A DNA stretch of 64,000 nucleotides from positions 96,782,001 through 96,846,000 of the forward strand of contig CM068742.1 of assembly GCA_035084275.1 (NCBI GenBank). Direction: 5' to 3'. Below are positions 27,501 to 39,500 of the stretch, piece by piece. This DNA is from Hydrolagus colliei (taxonomy: Eukaryota). A model generated the notes under the pieces. It was not told the DNA's origin and searched no databases. It saw only the letters and a program-made list of their open reading frames with translations. The position numbers and the translations under genes were made by a program. Positions within the stretch are counted from its first letter, which is position 1. Every line of letters begins with the position of its first letter.

Positions 27501-30500
27501 TCAAGCTCAATTAACAGCTAGCTACTGTACTTAAAATTTAGTGATTTGATCAGTGAAATAACAAGCACTAATTCCCCGCAGATGCCTACATTCTTAGTGC
27601 TAGATTTAAATACCAAAGGACTACTATACATTTCTTAAAGGGGCGTCATACAGAATGAAATTAAAATAATTCATGTAAAATTAGCAACCTAAAACAATGT
27701 TTAAATGGCCATGGTAATGTATATGTTACTGGCAAAATATTGGATGTATGGATCTCTCTGCTCACATTCCACAACAGAACAAACTCATCAAGATGCCTCC
27801 ATCATATGTATATTTAATAAGCAGAGAACATTTTCACACTACAGAAGGTAAAATGGAATAAAATCAATAGTATTGCAGTCTGTTTATAATTCACAACACT
27901 CCAAAATCTCAACTCAGAATAATGTTGTGAGGAGGGGATAACCAATTTATCCAATTGTTTATAGAGTATAGTTCGCCTCTAAATGACATAATCAGCACCC
28001 TTTACAGTGAGATATGAATGTGAAATGCACTATATCAATGAGTATGATTATTATTATTAGTGCACAAACCACAAATACGTCACTCAAAATCCACAACAGT
28101 GGGAACTGGATGACAATGTGAAGTGGAAGAATTGTGTTCCTTTTTGAAAAAAGATGGAATTAACTGATCAGGTATCTGATAGTAAAAACTAGCAGCTGCT
28201 GCACAATATCTGCAGTAAAATGTTGTATGGACATTTATTTGTATTTTATTTATATGATTTTCTGACTGTCAAACTAAGACAAACCCAACTCCAGGCCAAT
28301 ATGCTAATCTGCATATTGCATAAAATACAATATTAGTGTTTTTAAAGAGGAATTGAATTGTAAAAAAAAATTAATGTCAGCGTGTGTCTCTGAAATAGGT
28401 CACCAACTGACTGGAATACTAAATCTAAAAATATGCATTTCCTTTCAAGTCATAGCTTTACTGATAATAGGATCCATGTCCTCCAGGACAAGGAAGCCTG
28501 CAGTGTGAGTGAAAAATGTGAGGTCTGTTTTGAATCAATGCACAAAATCGTAGGTGAGTTCGGAAATAAATTCTTTGGATCAGCCAATGTCTGACACATG
28601 TGGAAGCCCATTACCACCACACTTAAAGAGTATCCAAACCAGACAGAGATCACATATATACCACCTATGCACATATATTTCCCAGTGTCTGGAATATGCA
28701 CTCTCCCTGGAAGGGCACACTCTGCTTTATCTAATTCCAGTATTAGGCACAGGTGACAGCCAAGGCTTGGGTACCTCAAGAGTGTGCGTTGGATTACTGC
28801 TACAGTTTAACTCTCTGAAAGTCCTGTCTGGCTTGTCTTGTTTGGATCAACGTATTCGTTAGTTTAGCCTGCAGGGTTAACAGAAGCTGAGTGGGAAGAA
28901 TTCGTGCTCCCAGATCTTCCAAGTTCTTTTGATGTCTTAATTTTCCACTTATCCATCAGCTGTCACTGTGGAAACTCAGGCTGATCATTCCCCCTCCTCA
29001 GATTCAAGCACTTTTGAATAATTAAAATGGGAGCACAGTGACTTTTTTAGCATTTGTTTTGAATATTATACTGCCGTTGATTCCCAAGCTTCTTCTTCCA
29101 GGTGATTTCTTATGCGTGGTTGCCTTCCTCCCTTATCTCCCAGGAATTGCGGCTCAGTGATTTATGAAAACTGAAGAGCCTGAAAAGCCTAAAGCAGCCA
29201 CATCGCAGGAAGAGAACAGGTGAACTGAGACATGAGTTCTACAGCTGCCTATATGATTGATGCATCCTTGACACTTTTAATTATGTTTTTGGCATGTGAC
29301 ATCTTAGACATGTGGCCAATTCCTGACTGAAAATCCACCCCCGAGGATTCATCCAGTTGGGACAATATTTGTCTAGAAAAATAGTCCATACAATTGACAG
29401 CAATCACATATGAGGCATCTTGAGACATTGATGTTGGCTTTATTGCATGCTAGAATAATTTTTTTGATAATTTTGGTGAGTCATAAGATGGGTAGAATAA
29501 TAATAATTGCATTTGAGATAACACCCTTCATATCTCAAAGTGCTTCATGGGATTTACTGAAAAATGTAATAACTGTGTATTTTGTAGGCAAATACACAAG
29601 CCAATTTTGTCATGCCTTAAAAACAGCAAGTGATTGTCTAATTTGTAGAGTCCTGTAGCTGGTTAGAGTGAGACCTTACAAGTGTGAGACCTGTGTTCGA
29701 ATCTAGGCAGGTCAGGGTGAGAAGCCTTGGGCAAGTTTCCTTACTCCACACGCCTCGTAATAATCCCTTCAAAAAAACTACAATAATAAAATTGGCCATT
29801 CAATCCACAACTGTTTGTGGGTCACTGCTGTGAGCAATTTTGCCTGCCGTGTTTCAGTCAATTCACTTTACAGTAAATTCTGTGAAGCGCTTTGAGACAT
29901 CTAAAAGATGTGGAAAGCACTATATCAAATTGAAGGATTATTATTATTATTAATTTCATCTCTGGGGTTGTTGGGATATCTGGTGAAAGAGGCTGGGAGG
30001 TGGGGAGGGGAGAGGTGGAGGGATTGCGGGATGGAATTCCAAAGGTTGTGGGCAGAATAGTTGAAAGCTCACTGGCTGATGGTGGGGCAGGCGGATCGGG
30101 GACATTTAGCAGGCTGGAGCCACTGAGCAGAGGGAACTGACATGTTGGTAGGGGTTAAGAGGTCACAGAGGTAGGGGGAGAGCAAGGCCATAGAAGACCT
30201 TAAAGGTGAGGACCAGGATCTTGAATTGAATACTCTGAGTGATGGGAAGCCAGGGGAGTCGGGCAAGAATGGGGGAGATAGAGTCATGGAGCCTGATGCT
30301 GAGAAGTACATGAGCTGCAGAGTTCTGGATGATCTGAAGCCTATGGAGGGAAGAATTGGGGAGGTTGACAAGCAGGACATTGGCATAATTGAGCCTGAAC
30401 GTAATGAAAATCAGTTTAAGGTCACCCCACTAATGTAGCTAATTGATTAATATAATTTTTTTTTGCATTCTTGTTCATTTCATCATTATATAGTAATACA

Positions 30501-33500
30501 ATCTTATTAGTAAGATGAACTCTCTAAATGTGGTCCAAATTCTATTCTGTTTGCTGACCTTATTAGAAAGGTTCCACTGTCATATCTTTTCAAACAAAAG
30601 ATTATGTGTGGTGCTTTGTTTTGGGATGAGGCAAAAACCCAGAGGTGGATTAAAAGGGGTTAAGATGTCTTAAGGGTCTCATCATGATCCTTGCTAGGTG
30701 AGAGGCAGCAAATTGTTTTGTAGGCCAAAACAATATAATAAGAACTTGTATTTCTATTATCATAGTTGTATATTGTAAGTGCTTCATATCCATCAAAAAT
30801 CTTTCAAACATGAACAACAACAACAATGTGCATTTATATACTGCCCTTCATGCAGAATAGAATCTCGGTGCACTGAAAAGAGTTGGGATTAAGAACCAAA
30901 TGCCGTTTATTTGAGTAGGTATCTTACCTCAGGACCATTGATTCCAGTGACTGGGACGCCAACCTTTCAAACATCCTCTGGAGTGGTGGGTGAAGAGGGT
31001 GGTCTTCATCAGCCAGAGCACAACTGCACCTCTGAAGCAGCCGTGCGTGAAGCCCTGCTTCACACATCACTTGCTGATTTCTTTCTGAGTGAATGAGTGA
31101 CTGTAAGATATTAGCTACTGCAAGCTGAAGATCTAATGCATGCTGAAACAGACAGAAAAGGGACAAATAAAACACAGGTTACATACACACCATCCAAATC
31201 AAATCCTTATGAAGTGTGGTTTCGCAGTTCAGCCCTTTGCAGACCAAGAAGGATCTAATCTTGTTCTGCACTTTATTAGTTTGGGCCTGTAATTAGCCTC
31301 TGTAGGAAGGATTGGGCAGAATGCTGGTAAACTCCTCATGTCATATAGCAAGTTGACAGTCACTATTTTAGGTGAAGCGTGACAAAACAGCACTGTTTGT
31401 CCGACATCAAGTCCTGGATGAGGGGCAACTTTCTCCAGCTGAATGTCATCAAGACTGAGGCCCTTCTGATTGGCTTGCATCAGCGCCTCCGTATCTTGGG
31501 TGCTGGCAGCATCAGCATCCATGGCTGCACACGTCATCTCATGAAGCCAGTCAGGAACCTGTTATTGTTGTTGTTGACCCTGAAGTGTCCTTTCTTCCCC
31601 ACATCCGTGCCATGACCAGCACTGCGTTCCACCACCTCCGTAACATTGCCAGACTCCGCCACTGCCTCACCCCTCAGACTGCCAAAACTTTCACCATGCA
31701 ATCGTCACATCAAAGCTTGACTACAGAAACTCCCTCCTCATCGGCCTTCCCAGCTTTTCCCTTCACAAGCTGAGATTATCCAAAACTCTGCAGCTTGTGT
31801 CCTCTCCTGCACCAGGCTCCGCGATCCCATCACTCCCACCCTCGCCCGGCTCCATTGGCTCCCTATCCCCCCAAGAGGAACAAATTCAAGATCCTCATCC
31901 TCACTTTCAAGGTAATCCACAGCCTTGCCCTTTCCTATCTCTGTGATCTGCCATCTACCCCCTCCATTCAGCTGGCTCCAGTCTGCTCTATGTCTCCCAC
32001 CCGACCCACCCTACCATCAGTGGCCGGGCTTTCAGCCTCTTCCCACGCACTTCATCCCATAGACACTTTGCCTCGCTTCCTCTCTTGCCTCCTTCAAGAC
32101 CGGTCTCAAGACCCTCCTTTTCGATCATGCCTTCAGCCGCCCTCCAATCTCTCTCCCTCCCCAGCCCCTCCCCTATGCTCAGGTCTCGATCCCTCACTGT
32201 TCAGCTCTTTGGGACGTCCTCCTGACCTGAAAGGTGCTCTATAAATGTAGACAACAATTGTGTTGTTGTCATTGTTGGACACAGGTACGAATAGGACCAA
32301 AACCATTTAGGCAAGAGATTAGAACTAGTGTTATAAATAGAGCAATTCTGCTCATCGAAACGTATGAGGAATATCAAATGCTCGTGATAAACCAGGGTTT
32401 AAATTATAGAGGGTTATACAGCAGAGACACAACCCATTGGCTCATCACGTCAGCTGTCTGTCTTCATATGAATGACATAGTCCAACCCCATCTCATTTAG
32501 ATGAGGTACCAGAAGGTTTCCAGACAGTATGGTACTGTGCTACAGCCTGTCAAGAAACAAGATGAGGAAATTGAGCGGGATAATAACTTTCAAAGGCCTA
32601 TTTTTGAGTGGACAGGACATCTATTTGCAATGCCTGCATTTATAGTGAATCGATGCCCTGAGAAACCCAGAATTAAACAAGTCAGTATTTGGCGTGAAGG
32701 ATTATATACTCCAGGATATGACATGTGAAAATAGATGCCCCATTTGCCGCACTGTGTCACTTTGTACCTGATTCAAGAGTTTCAGAGTAGATTGTTCTTT
32801 TTCTTGCTGAAAATGCACCATGGTGAGACCAGGGGATAAGTGCTCTGAGGCAAATTCCATTACACATATGTATATATACACACACACACATATATATATA
32901 TAGACACTAGGGTCCGGCAATATATCGATATATCGCTAAAACCCGATATAATTTTCATATCGATACGCCGATATAGGCATTTCAAAAATATCGATATTGA
33001 AAAATCGATATATCGAGGTACAAAATCGGAATACACGCACACTGTACAAGACCCAGAATGCTCATCACGAGACACAATGCACAGACCGAGGTGCAAAGCC
33101 GCCATATTGTATTCATAATCCTCGAATACAATATACAGGTATGCAAGGGGTGGGGGGGGGGGGAGAGAGAAGGCTGGGGGGGGGTGAGGGGGAGAGAGAT
33201 GGCGGGGGGCGGGGGGGAGAGAGAGACGGCTGGGGGGGGTGGGGGGTGAGAGAGACAGCGGGGGGGGGAGGGAGAGAGAGACGGCTGGGGGGGTGGGGGG
33301 GGCGAGGGACGGCGGGGGGGGTGTGGGGGGAGAGAGATGGCGGGGGATGGGGGGGAGAGAGAGACGGCTGGGGGGGTGGGGGCTGGGGGGAGAGACGGGA
33401 TGGATGTGATAACATACAGATAGATAGAGATGGGGGGGATGTGAGAGAGACACAGACAGAAAAACACAGAGATGGAGAGAGACACAGAGAGAGAAAGATA

Positions 33501-36500
33501 TTTACCTCCTGAGGAGATAGGCCCCGAATGTGTGCGCACCCGAAATGCGCGCGCACTCCGAATGCGCAGTACGAAAAACCTGAAAATATTGATATTTCGG
33601 TATATCTCGATATGAGCCCATCAATATATCTAAATTGGAAAATTTCCATATCGACGGACCCTAATAGACACCATATATTATTGGATAAGCTTTAGAAAGG
33701 CACTTTATCTTTAAGAGAGTTCAGACCCCACAGTAATCTGCCACACCTTTTTGTGTGATATTCAAGGATTCAATTTGGACAAATCCCCAAGAACATACAG
33801 TACCCCATCTCTGAATGAAATGATTCTAATCAATCAAGTTGGTAGCAAACTTGGTAAATGTTGTGCTGAAGTACTGGTCTTTTCTAACTATTAACAGTGC
33901 AATTTTTACACAAGCATTTTTTGTCATTTTAGTGCAGCGAGATTGCCAGCTCCATGTCAATAAAAAAAATGGAGCACCAGTTAATAATAATCTGTTCCAC
34001 AAAGAATTTTGCTTTGAGCCTGAAGCCTTTAGAGTTGCACTGTATGCAAAATAAACCAACATATGATGATCAGTCAGTCCAATGAGGTGTCATTATGTCA
34101 TGCAAGTCAGCTATAACTGAAATATTTAATACATCCAACAGGTTCCCATAGGATCCATTAGAAATCATATTACTGAAGGAAGAAATGCATTAGCTAGTAT
34201 CAATTTGAATTTTTAACAGTAGAGTATGTGGATTGCAAATGCAGCACAGATTGACTCTAGGAATTGTATTACTTCAGTACTTATCAATCGGAAATGTGGA
34301 CTAGAGATGGAAATCTACTGGTGATGAAAATTACTGAGTACAGAAAGGATCTTTAATGCTAGTTATTCTAGTTACCGGTGCCCAGAAATCAAAACTGCTC
34401 CAGTGAAATTTAGCTCTGGTTAGAACCAGAAGGAGAATAGCAGACTTCCTGATAATCTATTATGTATTGATAACATGTGCATGATAAATGCTTCACACGT
34501 TGCAGCAAGCTGAACGATTCAACCAGGATTCAGGTTGAAACCTTGTCTGTGCTGGCTTAGTTGAATTCTACCTGCAAAGAGATCAATTTGCCCTCAATGT
34601 CCCCAGTCTAACATATGGTAAAGTTCATGGAACCACAGAAATTCATAGCACAGAAAAAGGCCATTCAGCCCATCATGTCTGTCCATTTCGCCCCAATCTC
34701 TTTCCATTAACCCAATTAACTGCTGAAAAGTTTGTGATTAGCATGGGCTTCTTCTGCATCATTTTATTCTTTACGATTAAATAGCCCAGTGACCTTCACT
34801 TACTGGGATCGTTCCTTTCTCTGATCCCACTCCCTCCACGAGCCCCTCTTATTGGGCTTCCACGCTGCCCACAGTATGGAAACGGCTCTGGTCAAGGTCA
34901 CTAATGATATCCTGACCATCTGTGACCAGGGTTCCCTCTGCCTCGTCTTTTTCGACCTATACACAGCCCTTGACACCGTGGACCACACAATCCTCCTCCA
35001 CTGCCTCTCCACCCATCTCAACCTTCAAGGTTCTGTCCTCGACTGCTTCCAGTCCTATCTCTCATAGCACCTCCACTTTGTGTCCGCCAATAGCTTATCC
35101 TCCAGCCCCCCGCACCATCTTGTGCGGCGTTCCTCAGGATTCTGTCCTTGGTCCCCTCCTCTTCACCCTTTACATGCTCTCCCTTGGTGACATTATCCGT
35201 AGATATGGGGTAAATTTGTACATGTATGTGGATGACACCCAACTCTACCTTTCCGCTTCCACCCTCAACTCCAGAACTACCAGCGTCCTGACTGCCTGCC
35301 TGTCTGACTGCCTGAGTCCTGGACAAGAGACAACTTTCCCCAGTTGAATGTCCGCAAGACTGAGGCCCTCCTGATTGGCTCGCGTCAGTGCCTCCGCACT
35401 TCAGGCACTGACAGCATCAGCATCCAAGGCTGCACTCTCCACCTCTCTAAGCCAGTCAGGAATCTGGGCGTCATATTCGACTCTGAACTGTCCTTCCTCC
35501 CCCACATCCACACCATTACTAGTACTGCCTTCCACCACCTTCACTACATCGGCAGACGCCGCAGACTGCCTCACCCCTCAGGCTGCCGAAACCCTAGTCC
35601 ACGAATTCATCACATCAAGGCTCAACAATGGAAAATCCCTCCTCATCAGCTACATTGGCTCCCCATTCCCCAGAGGATTGAATTCAAGATCCTCGTTCTC
35701 ACTTTCAAGGCCATTCACGGCCTTGCACCCCATCTCTCTGATCTGCTGTCCCGCCATGAACCCGTCCCCCACTCCGTTCAGCGGGTTCCGGTCTGCTCCA
35801 TGTCCCCTGCCTGACCCACCCTGCCATCGGCAGACGGTACTCTCTCCCCCCACACTCTGGAACTCCATCCCACAGTCCCTTCGCCTCTCTCACTCCATCG
35901 CCTCCATCAAGGCCAGTCTCAAGACCCTCCTCTTCGATCATGCCTTCTGCTGCCCTCTCAACTCTCTCCCTCCCTTCCCTGCTACCCTGCCCCTCTCCCT
36001 TGCTGGATCCCAACCTGACTGTTCAGCGCTTTGGGATGTCCTCCCGATATGCAAGGTGCTCTATAAATGTAATTTTGTTGTTGTTGTAACCGGTTTGGTG
36101 AGGCGAGCAGGGTTTGCTCACCCCAAACCATCATGACGCACTGTTTTCTGAATAGGACCGGAAAATAATTTAAATCCATAGATTACTATGGCCAACTCTT
36201 GCTTCCGTTCTGCAAGTTAATCACATGACTTCCCAGCCTACACCTCCACCTCCCCACCATCTGCGGAATAAGATTCAGACAAAAATAATTTTCAAAATGC
36301 AAAGACAAACAAAGCAGCACACATTCTGAAGGAACTGGGATATCAACTTTATTCCGTAGGGGTTGAGACAATTATATCTGTGAGATCTTTGAATTATTCT
36401 TTGAATAAAATCCACTTATTTTTTATCCTATTCCTCCTTTTAATAATAATAATAATAATCCTTTATTTGATGTAGCGCTTTTCACGTCTTCCAGGCGTCT

Positions 36501-39500
36501 CAAAATACTTCACAGAATAACAACAATCACAAATTTACACTTGTATAGCACCTTTCTTGTCAGGAGGACATCCCAAGGTGCTGGACAGTCACTGTGTCTG
36601 AGCTGAGCTGTGACAGGGTAGAGGGGAGAAGGGGGGGAATTAGGAGCTGCCGATAGGTCCGTCAAAGAGGAGTCTTGAGGCGGGACTTAAAGGAAGCCTG
36701 GGAGGGGGCGAGGTAGAGGGACTGCAGGATGGAATCACCACCACCAACACCCACCACCTTCTCCGTGCACCCCCTCAGGTCTCCTCAATTTTCACTTCAA
36801 ATGCGAAGTGCAAGGAGGTCATGGACTTCTTTTCCTCAAAAATCCTCAATATCCGCCAGGCAGCGTCATCCTCCTGCCTCTCATCACCCTCAACCACCTC
36901 CACCCCATCCCCCTCACCCTCCCCGTCATCAGTACACACCTCAACCTCCTTCCTACACTCCTTCTCCCCAGTCTCTCTTTCCTCCCTCTCATGCACTCTC
37001 ACCTCCATGAAGCCAACCACCTGCCGCCTCGACCCCATCCCCACCAACCTACTGCTCACCTAGCTCCCCCTCCTCTGCCCACTGCTGGCTGATATCATCA
37101 ACCAGTCCCTCTCCACAGGATCAGTCCCTGCGCCCCTCAAAACTGCTGCCATCATCCCCCTCCTTAAAAAACCCTCCCTTGATCCCTCAAACCCTAGCCC
37201 CTTCCCACCCTATTTCAAACCTGCCCTTCCTTTCAAAAGCACTGGAACGCGTTGTTGCAAACCAACTCCGCGTCCACCTCTCCTCCCACTCCCTCTTCGA
37301 ACCCTTCCAATCCAGTTTCCGCCCTGACCACAGTACAGAGACTGCGCTTGTGAAAGTCACAAACAACGTCCTCTCTATTTGCGGCCAGGGCTCCCTATGC
37401 CTCCTTATCCTCATGGACCTGTCCGCTGCGTTCGACAGTCGACCATGTCATCCTCCTCCACCGCCTGTCCTCCATCATCCACCTCAGTGGGACCGCACTC
37501 GCCTGGTTCGAGTCCTACCTCACAGACCACCAGCAGTACATCTCCACAAATGGCTTTTCCTCCTGCTCTTACCCAGTTACCTGTGGGGTACCCCAGAGAT
37601 CCATCCTTGGCCCCCTCCTCTTCCTCATCTACATGCTCCCTCTTGGGGATGTCATCCACAGACATGGCGCACACTTCCACATGTACGTGGATGACACCTA
37701 ACTCCATTTCTCCACTTCACTTTGCGACCCCTAGTCCCCTGATGTTCTGTCAGCCGGCCTGTGAGACAAATTTCTTGCAGCTGAACGTTGACAAGAACGG
37801 AGGCCATACTCTTTGGCTCTCATCAACATCTCCATTCACATGGCTCTCACTTCCTGCACCTTCCCAGTCTGTCCCTAAAACTCTCCGAACCCATGCGCAA
37901 CCTTGGCGTCAGGTTCGCCCCCCAACTGTCCTTCCTCCCCCACATCTGGTCCCTCACCAGCACCACCTTCTTCCACCTCCGACGGATCGACCGTCTCCGG
38001 CAATACCTCACCCAAAAGCCGCTGAAACTCTGGTCCACGTCTTCGTCACATCACAGCTGGACTATTCAAATGCCCTCCTCGCCAGTCTCCCGTCCATCAC
38101 AATCCATAAAATCCAACTCATCCAAAACTCTGCCGCCCGCATACTCACCCGCACCAAACTTCGCTCCCCCATTACCCCAGTCCTTGCCAGACTTCACTGG
38201 CTCCCTATCCCAGAGAGGATCGACTTCAAGATCTTCACCCTTGTTTTCAAATCCCTCCACTCCTCTGCACCCCTCTTTGACCTCCTCTCTCCTCAAACCA
38301 CCTCCGTTGCCTTCGCTCCACTGGGTCTGGCCTCCTCGATGTCCCCCGAATCCACCGTTCCACCCTTGTGCCTTCAGCCACTATGCCCCGAGGCTCTGGA
38401 ATTCCCTTCCTCGCCTCGTCCCCTGTTTTCTCAGCTTCAGGTCCTTTCTCTTCGACCGTGCCTTTCGTGACCTTTCTACCCCTGCCCCTGCCTCGGTCCC
38501 GGGATCCGCTATTGTCAAGCGCTTTGAGACACCGTCCGGCGTGGCGGGCGCTCTATAAATCGAAATTGTTGTTGTTGTGGAGTTCCAGAGGTTGGGGGCT
38601 GAGTGGCTAAAGGCTCGCCCGCCAATGGTGAGGCGGATGTGTTGGAGGATGTGCAGCAGGCCAGAACCTGCTAAGCTGAGGAGGCGGGCAGGTTGGTAAG
38701 GGGATGTAAGGTCACGGATGCAGGGTGGGGCGAGGTTGTGGAGGGCTTTAAATGTGAGGACCAGGATCTTGAATTGGATCCTCTGGGTGATGTGGAGCCA
38801 ATGGAGTTGGGAGAGGATGAGGGAAATGGAGTCATGTAGTTTGGAATGGTAGAGGACATAGGCCGCAGAGTTCTGGATCATCTGCAACTTGCGGAGGGAG
38901 GAATTGGGAAGGCCGACAAGCAGGCCATTTGCATAGTCGAGCCGGGATGTAAGGAAGGCATGAATGAGGGTTTCAGCGGCTTTGGGGGGTGAGGTAGTGG
39001 TGAAGTCGGGCGATATTGCGGAAATGAGGAAAGGCAGTGAGTCATTGCTTGGAGTGGGGGAGGAAAGACAGTTGAGGGTCAAAGAAGACACCTAGGTTCC
39101 TGACTGGCTTGGTGGGGTCAGGTGAGCAACCATGGAGGTTGATCACTGGTGCATGAAGGCGCAGGCGCGAGCCAATCAGGAGGGCCTCTGTCTTGTTGAC
39201 ATTCAACAGTAGAAAGTTAGCTCTCAACCAGGAGTTGATGTCCGACAGAAAGTCTGTCATGATAGTAGTAGTCCTGGAATATACTGTAAATTGAGTTAAC
39301 CGTTTATTTGTGGGCAGAAATTGTGCATGGCAGTGTCCCACAAACAGTCATGGATTGAAGTGACCAATTTATTATTTATTTTTCTTGAGGGAATATTATC
39401 AGGCTTGTGGAGTAAGGAAACTTGCCCAAAATTTCATCCCACTAGGAATCAAACCCAGGTCTATTGCTTCCAAGGCGATTGCTCTAACCACTGAGATAGA

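Noticed and set aside
32860-33649. Overlapping Pro-rich and Gly-rich ORFs on both strands
   Set aside because: They arise from G-run/GA repeats inside a non-autonomous hAT; no domain signal.
36729-39341. Cluster of 100-363 aa ORFs suggesting a nested gene
   Set aside because: They are frameshifted pieces or alternative frames of two decayed L2 ORF2 copies.
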